A stretch of 56,071 nt of DNA from an uncultured Prochlorococcus sp. (GCA_902609995.1 CACLUD010000001.1:1-56071), one strand, 5' to 3'. Shown: positions 29,744-40,499, counted from the stretch's first letter. Notes: generated from the sequence alone by a model not told the origin. Numbers and translations are program-made.

Positions 29744-32653
29744 ATGAATCCCACAAGCAACTCGGATTTATTTATTGATAGACATCTTGGATTGAAGGAA
29801 AAAGATGAAAAAAAAATGCTTCAAAAACTTAGTTTTAATAATATAGATGAATTTATTAATCAAGTTATTCCTGAAGATATTCAGTTAAAAGAAAAATTTT
29901 CAGATGTCTTGCCAAAAGGATGTTCTGAAATTGAGGCATTGAACGAATTAGAAGAAATATCTAATAAAAATCATAAATTTAGATCTTTAATTGGACTTGG
30001 ATATTACGGAACACATACCCCTAAAGTTGTACAAAGGCATGTATTAGAGAACCCCCGGTGGTATACCGCTTATACCCCTTATCAAGCAGAAATTGCTCAA
30101 GGCAGATTAGAAGCGTTGTTTAATTTTCAAACTTTAATTTGTGAATTAACCGGTTTCTCTATAGCTAATGCATCTCTTTTAGATGAGGGAACAGCTGCTG
30201 CAGAAGCAATGACAATGAGTTTTTCTTCAAGGAAAAATAAGTCCTCCAATATTTTCTTAGTAGATGAAAATGTTTTTGACCATACATTTAATGTTTTATT
30301 GACGAGAGCTAAACCATTAGGAATTAAGTTAAAACGTTTTAATCAAAAGTACTTTAATAATCATGATGATGTTTTTGGCCTCTTAATCCAGCTTCCTGGT
30401 AAAAATGGAGATTTATTTGATCCAACATTTTTAATCTCACAAGCTCATAGAGCAGAAATAGTGGTCACATCCATTATTGATCCTCTTGCACAAGTTTTAA
30501 TAAAACCAATAGCTCGATTTGGAGTTGATATAGCTGTTGGAAGTTTGCAAAGATTTGGAGTCCCGATGGGCTTTGGTGGTCCTCATGCAGCATTTTTTGC
30601 ATGTACTGAAAAATATAAAAGACTTATACCAGGAAGAATCGTAGGACAAACTCTATCTAGAAATGGAGAACAATCACTCAGATTGGCATTGCAAACAAGA
30701 GAACAACACATAAGAAGAGAAAAGGCGACTAGTAATATTTGTACAGCTCAATCTTTATTAGCAATAATATCTTCTTTTTATGCCATATATCATGGGTCTT
30801 CAGGATTAACAAAAATGGCTAAGAGATTAGTTGTTTTAAGACGATATCTAGAATCATTACTTTCTGAGTTAGGTTTAAAAATACCTCTTGGGAGTAGGTT
30901 CGATAGTTTTGATATTTACTGTGAGGAATCTGAAAAGATTCATAACGAAGCTTTAAAAAAAGGATTCAACTTTAGAATTTTACCTTTGGGTTCATCGATT
31001 GAGGAATCTACAGGATTTGGAATTTCCTTAGATGAGCTTACTGATAAAAATGAAATCCATAAGATAGTAACTTGCGTAGCAAATGGGCTAGGAAGAAAAG
31101 AAGATTTAAAGCACATTATACTTAATAATTGTTTTCAGTTTGAGGGTATTCCTCTTAGAAATAAAGAATGGATGCAACAAAATGTATTTGAAAATTATCA
31201 AAGTGAGACTGATTTAATGAGGTACATTTTTAAACTTGCTGAGAAAGATTTTTCACTGGTTGATGGAATGATTCCACTAGGAAGTTGTACGATGAAATTA
31301 AATTCTGCAGCAGAGCTTAGTCCAATTTCATGGGCTAATTTATCCTCAATTCACCCTTTCGCTCCAGCTAATCAAACAAAGGGTTATTCAAAAATAATAA
31401 GCGATCTTGAGAAATGGATTAGTGACCTGATTGGCTTGAATTCAGTTTCATTTCAACCGAATGCAGGTTCTCAAGGTGAGTTTGCGGGTCTATTGGCAAT
31501 TAATTCTTACTTCTCTTCAAAAGGTGATTTATCAAGAAAAAAATGCCTAATACCACAAAGTGCTCATGGAACAAATCCTGCTAGCGCGGTTATGGCAGGG
31601 TTTGATGTTGTAACTATTAAATGTGATTCTGAGGGTAATATTTCTTATGAGGATTTATTAATTAAGGTCCAGGAATTTGATAATACAATTGGTGCACTAA
31701 TGTTAACTTATCCTTCTACTCATGGAGTTTTTGAATTAAAAATCAGAGAAATATGTGACTTAATTCATTCAGTTGGGGCATTTGTTTATTTGGATGGAGC
31801 AAATCTTAATGCTCAGGTCGGATTATGTAGGCCTGGTGATTATGGCGTGGATGTTTGCCATCTAAATTTACATAAAACATTTTGTATCCCTCATGGAGGC
31901 GGTGGCCCTGGAGTTGGTCCAGTTGCAACATCTGAAACTTTAAGTCCTTTCCTTCCTTCCCATTCTTTGAAAGATAATACTTTTAGTCAATTTGGTTATT
32001 CTGTATCTTCTTCACAGCATGGAAGTGCAAGCATTCTTCCAATAAGCTGGATGTACATAAAGATGGCTGGTCAAAGTGGTTTAAGAAAGGCGAGTAAGCA
32101 TGCAATATTGTCAGCAAATTATATTGCTAATAGACTAAAAAATAAATTTAAGATTTTATATAAAGGACAAAATAATTTTGTCGCACATGAATGTATCCTT
32201 GATTTTAGAGAGTTGAAGTCAAGAACAGGTTTAAGTGTCAATGATATAGCTAAGAGATTAATAGACTATAGCTTTCATGCTCCAACGATAAGTTGGCCAG
32301 TTCCTGAAACTATAATGATTGAGCCTACTGAAAGTGAAAGTTTGACGGAGTTAAATAGATTTTGTGAAGCTATGCTCTTAATAAGCGAAGAAATTGAAGA
32401 AATTGAAAATAATATTAATCTCAGAAATAATAATTTAATTAGTAATGCTCCTCATACTATAAATGAGTTGATTTCAGATAATTGGAATTATCCTTATTCA
32501 AAAGAAAAGGCTGCATATCCGTATAAAGGTAAATTCGAACATAAATTTTGGTCTTCTGTATCAAGAATTGATAATGCATATGGTGATAGAAATTTAATTT
32601 GTTCTTGTAATGTCAACGATAAAGATTTTTTAGATGACAAAAAATGTGCATAA
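29744..32653 (+). CDS. gcvP: Glycine dehydrogenase (decarboxylating), P protein
   Basis: YTPYQAEIAQGRLE, REKATSNICT, PLGSCTMK and HLNLHKTFCIPHGGGGPG. Confidence 0.98.
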   Translation: MNPTSNSDLFIDRHLGLKEKDEKKMLQKLSFNNIDEFINQVIPEDIQLKEKFSDVLPKGCSEIEALNELEEISNKNHKFRSLIGLGYYGTHTPKVVQRHVLENPRWYTAYTPYQAEIAQGRLEALFNFQTLICELTGFSIANASLLDEGTAAAEAMTMSFSSRKNKSSNIFLVDENVFDHTFNVLLTRAKPLGIKLKRFNQKYFNNHDDVFGLLIQLPGKNGDLFDPTFLISQAHRAEIVVTSIIDPLAQVLIKPIARFGVDIAVGSLQRFGVPMGFGGPHAAFFACTEKYKRLIPGRIVGQTLSRNGEQSLRLALQTREQHIRREKATSNICTAQSLLAIISSFYAIYHGSSGLTKMAKRLVVLRRYLESLLSELGLKIPLGSRFDSFDIYCEESEKIHNEALKKGFNFRILPLGSSIEESTGFGISLDELTDKNEIHKIVTCVANGLGRKEDLKHIILNNCFQFEGIPLRNKEWMQQNVFENYQSETDLMRYIFKLAEKDFSLVDGMIPLGSCTMKLNSAAELSPISWANLSSIHPFAPANQTKGYSKIISDLEKWISDLIGLNSVSFQPNAGSQGEFAGLLAINSYFSSKGDLSRKKCLIPQSAHGTNPASAVMAGFDVVTIKCDSEGNISYEDLLIKVQEFDNTIGALMLTYPSTHGVFELKIREICDLIHSVGAFVYLDGANLNAQVGLCRPGDYGVDVCHLNLHKTFCIPHGGGGPGVGPVATSETLSPFLPSHSLKDNTFSQFGYSVSSSQHGSASILPISWMYIKMAGQSGLRKASKHAILSANYIANRLKNKFKILYKGQNNFVAHECILDFRELKSRTGLSVNDIAKRLIDYSFHAPTISWPVPETIMIEPTESESLTELNRFCEAMLLISEEIEEIENNINLRNNNLISNAPHTINELISDNWNYPYSKEKAAYPYKGKFEHKFWSSVSRIDNAYGDRNLICSCNVNDKDFLDDKKCA

Positions 32654-32783
32654 AGACTAGCATTCTTTTGGTTTTTTAGTTATTGTCAATTTGAATAAAA
32701 AATTTAATATTTTCTTATAGAATTTTTTTAGATTTTTTCATTATTATTATCAAGCATCAAATTTATTTGGGGTATTTGAAGCT

Positions 32784-33035
32784 ATGAGTAAAGATTTTAA
32801 ATCTGGTAAGGTTAAGAGCTTGCCAATTAATAATTTGAATCTGCCAAATTTTGTTAATAATTCCTTAGGGAATAATACAAAGGTAAATTCTGTTGAAGGT
32901 ACTAATGTAATTAGAGTGCCATTTGGTAAAAGATTTCCTAAAAAACAAAGGCCCGATAAGAATCAAAATATAGCTACTTTAATACTCCCAATCAATACAT
33001 TTATTAATCCTACTCCACCCCCACATGTGGCTTAA
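32784..33035 (+). CDS. Small hypothetical protein (83 aa), Pro-rich C-terminus
   Basis: ATG-initiated ORF fills the gcvP-sqdX gap with no long overlaps; ends ATLILP...PTPPPHVA. Confidence 0.6.
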   Translation: MSKDFKSGKVKSLPINNLNLPNFVNNSLGNNTKVNSVEGTNVIRVPFGKRFPKKQRPDKNQNIATLILPINTFINPTPPPHVA

Positions 33036-33046
33036 TTTATAGAAAT

Positions 33047-34180
33047 TTAGGAAATTTTTTCAAGTGTTTCTAAATAATATCTTTGTAATTGAAGAGTAGC
33101 TTGGTTCCAGTCCCATCGTTCAGCTTCTTTCCTAGCTTCTTTTCTCATAGCTTCTTTTTTATTCTTATCTGCCAGAATTTTTTTAGTAGCTTCAATTAAA
33201 CTTCTTTCTCCATTGTCTTTTTCATCTGGGTTATATAAGCAACCATTTATTCCATTATTAATAATATCTGGGATACCACCTTTATTAGCCCCTATTACTG
33301 GGCATCCTGCAGCCATTGCTTCTAACAACACTAACCCGAGAGTTTCTGTGCTTGATGGGAATAAGAATATATCTCCAGATGCGTATGCACTGGCTAGCTC
33401 TTCACCAGATAAATAACCTATAAAATTTGTTTTTGTGTTTTCAAATATCTTTTCCAACTGTCCTCTGTAGGGACCATCTCCCACTAGAGCGAGACATGCT
33501 CCGGGTATATTATCTAATACAGGTTTAATTCTTTCAATTTGCTTTTCCGCCGATAATCTACCTACATAAATCAAAAGTGAATCCGAATCTAGATATTTTC
33601 CAAATAATTTTTCTCTCATTTTTTCGCTTCTTAATTCTGGTTTGAAGTTTTCAGTGTCGACACCTCTTTGCCATAAAGCAGTCCTCTGTATTCCTTTATC
33701 TTCGAGTTCATTAACCATTGCAGTTGAGGTACAAAGATTTAATAAGGCTTGATTATGAGCTGCTTTTAACAACTCCCATAAAAGGGGTTCTAACATTCCC
33801 ATTCCGTAGTGTTCAAGATATTTCGGAAGATGTGTATGGTAACTTGCAATTAGAGGAATATTGTTTGTTTTTGCTAGCCATATGCCTCCAAGTCCAAGTA
33901 CAGCGGGATTAACTACATGTACTAAGTCTGGCTTGAATTCTTCTAACTTATCAGAGACTGCAGGGCCAGGTAAGCCTAATTTTAATTCAGGATATAAAGG
34001 TAGCGGCATTGCAGCAACTCCTACTATTGTTGCTCCTTTATAAGAATCAGGACATCCCTCAGGACAAAACACTATAACTTCATCACCATTTTTTGTTAAA
34101 AATTCGATGGTCTTAGTTAGTCTTGTTACTATTCCGTCAACTTTAGGTAGAAAAGTTTCAGTAAAGAATGCTATTTTCAC
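33047..34180 (-). CDS. sqdX: Sulfoquinovosyltransferase (SQDG synthase, GT4)
   Basis: FTETFLPKVDGIVTRL, SYHTH, VGRLSAEK and ETLGLVLLEAMA; directly downstream of sqdB. Confidence 0.9.
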   Translation of the reverse strand: MKIAFFTETFLPKVDGIVTRLTKTIEFLTKNGDEVIVFCPEGCPDSYKGATIVGVAAMPLPLYPELKLGLPGPAVSDKLEEFKPDLVHVVNPAVLGLGGIWLAKTNNIPLIASYHTHLPKYLEHYGMGMLEPLLWELLKAAHNQALLNLCTSTAMVNELEDKGIQRTALWQRGVDTENFKPELRSEKMREKLFGKYLDSDSLLIYVGRLSAEKQIERIKPVLDNIPGACLALVGDGPYRGQLEKIFENTKTNFIGYLSGEELASAYASGDIFLFPSSTETLGLVLLEAMAAGCPVIGANKGGIPDIINNGINGCLYNPDEKDNGERSLIEATKKILADKNKKEAMRKEARKEAERWDWNQATLQLQRYYLETLEKIS

Positions 34181-34207
34181 TTTTTTAAGTTAGATATAAA
34201 ACTATTT

Positions 34208-35401
34208 TTAATTAGTTTTTATTGCTTTAGCCTGTTTGTTCGTCCAAGTTGAAATACAAGGAATTCTTTTTTTATCACATCTCATAGAGTATTTTTTAGC
34301 TACTTCAACAACTTCTTCTAATAAGCCATTATCAAGAGTGGTGGGATTAAGCCCCAATTCTATGAAACATTTATTATCAACTATTAAATCATTTTCGACA
34401 GCTTCATTTCGAGGATTTGGTAAATAATTGATTTCGGCTCCAGTAAGAGAAGCAACTTTTTTGGCTAATTCTCCAACCTGGTGACTTTCTGTCATTTGAT
34501 TGAAAATTTTTACTCGTTCGCCAGATTGTGGAGGATTTTCTAGAGCTAGTTGGACACATTTAACTGAATCTTTAATATGTATAAAAGCTCTTGTCTGTCC
34601 TCCTGTCCCATGAACAGTAAGGGGATATCCGATCGCTGCTTGCATAAGAAATCTATTAAGAACTGTACCGTAATCGCCGTCGTAATCGAATCTATTTGTC
34701 AATCTTGGATCTTTTAATGTTGTTTCTGTATTTGTGCCCCAAACAATGCCTTGATGTAAATCTGTGATTCTAATCAAGTCGTTTTTGTTGTAATAAAGAA
34801 ATAATAATTGATCTAATGTCTTCGTCATATGATAAACGCTGCCAGGACTGGCGGGATGAAGAATTTCTTCTTCAAAACGACTTCCATCTGGTTGAGGTAC
34901 TTCAACTTTTAAATAACCTTCAGGAATTGTTGCGCCTCTATGTGATCCATATCCATATACTCCCATGGTTCCTAAATGAACAATATGAATATCTAAATTA
35001 CTTTCTACAATTGCAGCAAGTAAATTGTGAGTACCATTCACATTATTATCAACTGTATATCTTTTGGTAAAACTTGATTTCATTGAGTAAGGTGCAGCTC
35101 TTTGTTCAGCAAAATGTACAATTGAATCAGGTTTTTCCTCAATAAGTAAATTTAGTAATTTTTGATATTGTTTCGAAAGATCAATATTAATAAATTTTAT
35201 TGGTTTTCCACCGGTCTCTTCCCATGCAGAAAGTCTTTCATTTATTGCAGAAATTGGGGTTAACGATTCCACTTCAAGATCAATATCTATTTTTCTGCGA
35301 CTTAGGTTGTCAACTATAATTACTTCATGATTTTGTTCTGCTAAATTTACCGCACAAGGCCAACCGCAAAAACCATCTCCGCCAAGAACAATTACTTTCA
35401 C
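34208..35401 (-). CDS. sqdB: UDP-sulfoquinovose synthase
   Basis: GGDGFCGW, HFAEQRAAPYSM, LGTMGVYG, YHMTK and DLHQGIVWG. Confidence 0.96.
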   Translation of the reverse strand: MKVIVLGGDGFCGWPCAVNLAEQNHEVIIVDNLSRRKIDIDLEVESLTPISAINERLSAWEETGGKPIKFINIDLSKQYQKLLNLLIEEKPDSIVHFAEQRAAPYSMKSSFTKRYTVDNNVNGTHNLLAAIVESNLDIHIVHLGTMGVYGYGSHRGATIPEGYLKVEVPQPDGSRFEEEILHPASPGSVYHMTKTLDQLLFLYYNKNDLIRITDLHQGIVWGTNTETTLKDPRLTNRFDYDGDYGTVLNRFLMQAAIGYPLTVHGTGGQTRAFIHIKDSVKCVQLALENPPQSGERVKIFNQMTESHQVGELAKKVASLTGAEINYLPNPRNEAVENDLIVDNKCFIELGLNPTTLDNGLLEEVVEVAKKYSMRCDKKRIPCISTWTNKQAKAIKTN

Positions 35402-35567
35402 TCAAAACTCCAGAATTAAAATATCATTTTATATTTATTAAATTACTACAGAGTGCTTCCAAAATGCGAAAAAAGATTGTAAAAAGTTTCAAATCTTTTC
35501 TCTTTAATTAATAAATTGGCTATTCTTGCAATTTTTTTAATATTAAAATTATTTTTAAAGAATCAAA

Positions 35568-36365
35568 TTACTTTATTGAGATATTTTTTTCAGGTGAACT
35601 AGCGTTTGCTAACTTCTGCTTTTCAATTCTTCCAGCTAAAAAAGCGTTTCTTCCTGCTTTTACACCATAATTCATCGCTTTAGCCATTTTTAATGGGTGT
35701 TTAGCTAATGCGATAGCACTATTGATTAAAACTCCATCTGCTCCAAGTTCCATAGCCTGAGAAGCTTCGCTAGGTACACCTATGCCGGCATCAATTATGA
35801 CAGGAATATTAGAATTTTCAATAATTATGGATATATTAGATAAATTTAAAAGGCCTTGACCAGAGCCAATAGGTGATCCTAATGGCATCACAGTCGAACA
35901 ACCTATCTCTTCTAACTTTTTAGCTAATATTGGATCAGCATTTATGTATGGAAGAACAATAAAATCTTTATTTATCAATATTTCAGCTGCTTTAAGGGTT
36001 TCAATAGGATCAGGTAATAAATATTTTTTGTCAGGAATAACTTCTAATTTGACGAAATTATTTTCTTCTTGACCTGATAATTTGGCAAGTTCTCTTCCTA
36101 AAATTGCTATTCTTATTGCTTCGTCTGAATTGGTACAACCAGCAGTATTAGGAAGCATCCAGAATTTTTTCCAGTCAATTTTTTCCAGTAAATTTTCTCC
36201 ATTTTGATTATTTTGAATCCTTCTCACTGCGACAGTGACTATTTCAGATTCAGTATTAGCTAAACTATCTATCATTACTTCTGAAGACGTATATTTTCCT
36301 GTACCAACCATCAACCTACTTGAGAAGCTTTTACCTCCAATTTGTAAACATGAATCTTCTTTCAT
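35568..36365 (-). CDS. thiG: Thiazole synthase
   Basis: [34 protein letters not shown] and DAGIG. Confidence 0.96.
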   Translation of the reverse strand: MKEDSCLQIGGKSFSSRLMVGTGKYTSSEVMIDSLANTESEIVTVAVRRIQNNQNGENLLEKIDWKKFWMLPNTAGCTNSDEAIRIAILGRELAKLSGQEENNFVKLEVIPDKKYLLPDPIETLKAAEILINKDFIVLPYINADPILAKKLEEIGCSTVMPLGSPIGSGQGLLNLSNISIIIENSNIPVIIDAGIGVPSEASQAMELGADGVLINSAIALAKHPLKMAKAMNYGVKAGRNAFLAGRIEKQKLANASSPEKNISIK

Positions 36366-36366
36366 T

Positions 36367-36924
36367 TTAAAATCCTTTATCTTTTATTCCTTTGAAAGGT
36401 GTGTAATTATTTCTTTTTTCAAGTTCTTTGCTCTTTTTAATTGCTGTTTTGTTGTTTGGATCTATTACTAAAACTTTCATATAAGTTGCATATGCCAAAT
36501 CATATTCCAGCAGTCGTTGTTGTGCGGATGCCAGATTATTTAAAGCGACTGTATATTCAGGGAGTGATTTTATAGCTGAGTTATAGTGCTTGATTGCTTT
36601 TTTAAACTCATTTTGTGCTGCATAAGAAAAACCGAGAGCATTTTCAATAATAGCTTTTGCTTCGTCTGGTTCATTATCATAAGATTCAACAGCTTTCAGA
36701 AAAGTCTTAGAGGCCTCTATATATAACCTTTTTTTAATTTGGATAGAGCCAAATTCATATAATTCAGAAGCTTTTGTTAGTGAATTAAGGCCTTTTTGCT
36801 CAAATTTTACTAAATTTAATTCTTCTTTTCTTGTCCTAAGAAATTGTCGAAATACAAAAATAGAGATTATTATAAGTACTATAAAAAGGATTATCAAATA
36901 GGATTGAAAGGAAGATATTTCCAT
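36367..36924 (-). CDS. ycf37: Membrane-anchored TPR protein, Ycf37-like (PSI assembly)
   Basis: N-terminal transmembrane helix plus TPRs ([13 protein letters not shown]); cyanobacterial position after rplT. Confidence 0.75.
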   Translation of the reverse strand: MEISSFQSYLIILFIVLIIISIFVFRQFLRTRKEELNLVKFEQKGLNSLTKASELYEFGSIQIKKRLYIEASKTFLKAVESYDNEPDEAKAIIENALGFSYAAQNEFKKAIKHYNSAIKSLPEYTVALNNLASAQQRLLEYDLAYATYMKVLVIDPNNKTAIKKSKELEKRNNYTPFKGIKDKGF

Positions 36925-36962
36925 TACTTATCAGATATTTTGAACGATTTTATTTTTTTAAT

Positions 36963-37310
36963 TTAATTGCTTACGGTAGAAACTATTTTTTCAAAACATT
37001 GTGGATCGCTTAAAGCTAATTGTGCTAGCATTTTTCTATTGATAATTATGTCAGAGTTCTTCATCCCATTAATTAATCTGCTGTAATTTGTGCCATTAAT
37101 TCTTGCCGAGGCATTTATTCTTGAGATCCAAAGTCTTCTGAAATCTCTTTTTCTTCTTCTTCTATCTCTATAAGCGTTGCAGAGAGCTTTCATTACTCTT
37201 TGATTTGCTGTTCTAAAAAGATTTTTGTTTCCTCCTCTGAAACCTTTAGCGAGGTTTAAGATTTTGTTTCTTCTTTTTCTGGCTATGTTGCCTCTTTTAA
37301 CGCGTGCCAT
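36963..37310 (-). CDS. rplT: 50S ribosomal protein L20
   Basis: [29 protein letters not shown] and NRKMLA. Confidence 0.98.
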   Translation of the reverse strand: MARVKRGNIARKRRNKILNLAKGFRGGNKNLFRTANQRVMKALCNAYRDRRRRKRDFRRLWISRINASARINGTNYSRLINGMKNSDIIINRKMLAQLALSDPQCFEKIVSTVSN

Positions 37311-37340
37311 AAATTTATTTTAAAAGTAATTTGAATGCTC

Positions 37341-37538
37341 TTAAGCGTAAGGAATCATTAATTTTACATTATCAGCATCTCTTTCATCAACAACAGCTTT
37401 TGTTTTAAGATGTCTCTTTAATTTTGAGCTTTTGTGATCTAATAAATGATTATGGAAAGCTCTTCTTCTAGTAAATTTGCCCGTAGCAGTAGCTTTAAAT
37501 CTTTTAGCTGCTGATTTACGAGTTTTAAGTTTAGACAT
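37341..37538 (-). CDS. rpmI: 50S ribosomal protein L35
   Basis: [22 protein letters not shown]; immediately upstream of rplT. Confidence 0.97.
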   Translation of the reverse strand: MSKLKTRKSAAKRFKATATGKFTRRRAFHNHLLDHKSSKLKRHLKTKAVVDERDADNVKLMIPYA

Positions 37539-37629
37539 TTCCCTTGATAATGTTTAATCTAGATAATCTAAACCTTTATATGCATTGGTGCAAATTAAAG
37601 TTTTGAATTGAAAAGTTAATGTCGAACTT

Positions 37630-39168
37630 ATGCTGCGCAAATTGAACTTAAAGTTTCTCATTTATGGATGTTGGTTATTTTGTTCAATTTCTCCACTACT
37701 GACATTAAGTGGCTCTATAGATGAATCTTCAAAAATAAATCTTACTCAAGAATTAAAAAAAGGTAATTTTTTAATTGGATTAAAACAATATTTAGGAGCT
37801 AGGAGCGATAACTTTCCAGAAGAAAATAATATTACTTTTACTACAAAAAATGATTTTTTAAAACTCCATTCTACTAACGGTGTAAAACATAAATCTAAAA
37901 AAATAAATATTGTTTTGAAGAAAAAAAACTTGATAACCCCTTTCATTGTTGAAAGATTAGTATTTGGTCCATTTGCAAGCTATGAATCTGCACAAAAGCA
38001 AGCTGAAAAATTAAAGGAAAAAGGTTATCAAGCTTTAGTTGCCTTTCCAAACAATTGGGAAGTTTGGATTCCAGTTGGCAAAAACCTTCCTGACAAAAAA
38101 CTAAACTATAGACTGTTTAAAAAATCCTTCAAGTCAAAAATTACCCCTTTCCTTGTTACTGAATATTCGCAACATGAACTCCAAGGCCCGATATATATAT
38201 CTTCATCTCAAGAGATAAGTATTAATGATATTAATTTTGGTAAAAAGTTTTATTTAGCTAAAGATTCATATGGAACTTGGACGTTGATCCAGAAAATTAA
38301 ATTTGATGATTACTTAAAAGGTGTTCTGCCACATGAAATTGGTTCTAATTCACCTTTAGAAGCATTGAAAGCACAAGCAGTAATTGCGAGAACTTGGGCA
38401 CTTTATAATTCCGATAGATTTAAAATAGATCAATATCATTTGTGTATAACAACTCAATGCCAAGTTTATAAACCTCCTTTGATTGAGTATAAAAATGTAC
38501 ATAAAGCGATAAAAGATACTTCAAATTTAATAATCACTTATAAAAAGAAACCAATTAATTCTTTTTATCATGGATCTAATGGAGGTATATCATCTAGTGC
38601 GAGTGAATCTTGGCAAATAAAAGATTATCGTTATCTTAATTCAATGATTGATGGTTCAAATTCTTTAAAAAAAGCTTTTAGACTTCCAATTAAAAGTGGG
38701 GATGAATTAAATAAATTCCTTGAGTTTGCAGATGAAAAAGTTTATGGTAGAAAGCATTCTCTTTTTCGATGGGAGAAAATACTTTCTAATGAGACGATCC
38801 AAAATAATCTATTAAATAATCAATTAATTAAGGAGAAATCAGATTTGGTTGATCTAAATATTATTGATAGAGGCTTCAGTGGAAGAGTAATAAAATTAGA
38901 AATTAAGCTAAAAAATTTAAAGAAACCAATAGTTCTAGAAAAAGATGATATTCGTCGAATATTGAGTTTTTTGCCGAGTAATTTATTTACTATTAATAAA
39001 TTAAATGATAATCTTTGGCTTTTTAAAGGAGGTGGCTTCGGTCATGGTGTAGGTTTATCTCAATCAGGAGCGATAGAAATGGCTGAATTAGGCTTTACTT
39101 ATGAACAAATATTGAATCATTACTATAAAGGAACAAAAATTAAAAAAATTGAGATATCGTCTCAATAA
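37630..39168 (+). CDS. SpoIID/LytB-domain peptidoglycan lytic transglycosylase with signal peptide
   Basis: YLKGVLPHEI (catalytic Glu), EALKAQAVIARTWA, CQVY, GFGHGVGLSQSGA and ILNHYY. Confidence 0.88.
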   Translation: MLRKLNLKFLIYGCWLFCSISPLLTLSGSIDESSKINLTQELKKGNFLIGLKQYLGARSDNFPEENNITFTTKNDFLKLHSTNGVKHKSKKINIVLKKKNLITPFIVERLVFGPFASYESAQKQAEKLKEKGYQALVAFPNNWEVWIPVGKNLPDKKLNYRLFKKSFKSKITPFLVTEYSQHELQGPIYISSSQEISINDINFGKKFYLAKDSYGTWTLIQKIKFDDYLKGVLPHEIGSNSPLEALKAQAVIARTWALYNSDRFKIDQYHLCITTQCQVYKPPLIEYKNVHKAIKDTSNLIITYKKKPINSFYHGSNGGISSSASESWQIKDYRYLNSMIDGSNSLKKAFRLPIKSGDELNKFLEFADEKVYGRKHSLFRWEKILSNETIQNNLLNNQLIKEKSDLVDLNIIDRGFSGRVIKLEIKLKNLKKPIVLEKDDIRRILSFLPSNLFTINKLNDNLWLFKGGGFGHGVGLSQSGAIEMAELGFTYEQILNHYYKGTKIKKIEISSQ

Positions 39169-39196
39169 TTAAAATGAAAATTATAAATTATCATTT

Positions 39197-40498
39197 ATGA
39201 GTAACGGTTTTTATAAAAATCGAAGATTAAAATCAATTTTATTTCTTGCTATTTGTTTATTAGTAAGTACTATTCCTCATATCTTTGAATTCAAACACTT
39301 TTTATTTTTTACAATAACAATTTCTTTTTTAGTTGCTTGTTATGGATTAAATGTAATCTTAAAAAATATAAAAAGAAGTGTTTTTTTACAAAATAACGAA
39401 AAGATAATTAGTGATGATAGGTTACCTGCTCTCGATATTTTAGTTGCTGCCAGAGATGAAGAAAATGTTATTGAAAGATTAGTTGAGAGATTATTTAATT
39501 TAGATTATCCAATTAATAAATTAAATATTTATATCATTGATGATGGTAGTTCTGATATGACACCTTTAATTTTGGAAAGGTTATCTAAAGTGTTTGATAA
39601 ATTAAAAATTATTACTAGATCTGCAAATGCTGGAGGTGGTAAATCAGGAGCATTAAATTATGCTTTAAAGTTTACACACGGAGAATGGTTATTAATATTA
39701 GATGCTGATGCTCAATTGAAGAATGATACTCTACCAAGACTATTTCGTTTCGTTCATGAGGGATCTTGGTCAGCAGTACAATTAAGAAAATCCGTCATAA
39801 ATGTAAGTAAGAATTTTTTAACCACTTGTCAGTCTATGGAAATGGCAATGGATGCAATTTTTCAATATGGGAGATTATCTGTTGCGGGAGTATCTGAATT
39901 GAGAGGTAATGGTCAATTAATTAATAAAGAAGTTTTACTTAAATGTGGTTCGTTTAATGAAGATACAGTTACTGATGACTTGGATTTAAGCCTTAGGCTT
40001 TTACTTTCTAAATCAAAAATTGGGATTCTATGGGATCCTCCTGTTATGGAAGAAGCAGTTGAAAATATATCTGCTTTATTTTCACAGAGGCAAAGATGGG
40101 CTGAAGGTGGTTTGCAAAGATTTTTTGATTATGGGGAGCAATTATTTTCAAAAAAAATTGAACTTATTCAAAAGTTTGATTTAACCTTTTTCTTTATCTT
40201 GCAATATGCCTTGCCTATTATTTCTTTGATTGATTTGATTTTAAGTATGGTTCTAACGGAATCACCAAGCTATTGGCCAATCTCGATAACAGCATTTACT
40301 TTGTCTGGAATTGCAGTTTGGTATGGCTCTTCATGCAAGAGTGAGGGTCCAGTTTTACAAAATCTCAATTTGATGATGATGTTAGTTTCTCTTGTATATC
40401 TATCTCATTGGTTTTTAGTTATACCATGGGTAACAATAAAAATGTCTATTTTTCCTAAAAAGATTCTCTGGAAGAAAACACTTCATACCGGTATTTAA
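39197..40498 (+). CDS. mgdA: GT2 glycosyltransferase, probable monoglucosyldiacylglycerol synthase
   Basis: DDGS, GKSGALN, DAD, ELRGNGQ, TDDLDL and QRQRWAEGG with flanking TM helices, as I recall for cyanobacterial MgdA. Confidence 0.72.
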   Translation: MSNGFYKNRRLKSILFLAICLLVSTIPHIFEFKHFLFFTITISFLVACYGLNVILKNIKRSVFLQNNEKIISDDRLPALDILVAARDEENVIERLVERLFNLDYPINKLNIYIIDDGSSDMTPLILERLSKVFDKLKIITRSANAGGGKSGALNYALKFTHGEWLLILDADAQLKNDTLPRLFRFVHEGSWSAVQLRKSVINVSKNFLTTCQSMEMAMDAIFQYGRLSVAGVSELRGNGQLINKEVLLKCGSFNEDTVTDDLDLSLRLLLSKSKIGILWDPPVMEEAVENISALFSQRQRWAEGGLQRFFDYGEQLFSKKIELIQKFDLTFFFILQYALPIISLIDLILSMVLTESPSYWPISITAFTLSGIAVWYGSSCKSEGPVLQNLNLMMMLVSLVYLSHWFLVIPWVTIKMSIFPKKILWKKTLHTGI

Positions 40499-40499
40499 G

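Noticed and set aside
35402-35567. Hidden small gene or sRNA between thiG and sqdB
   Set aside because: No convincing ORF, stable hairpin or terminator; consistent with a plain sqdB promoter region.
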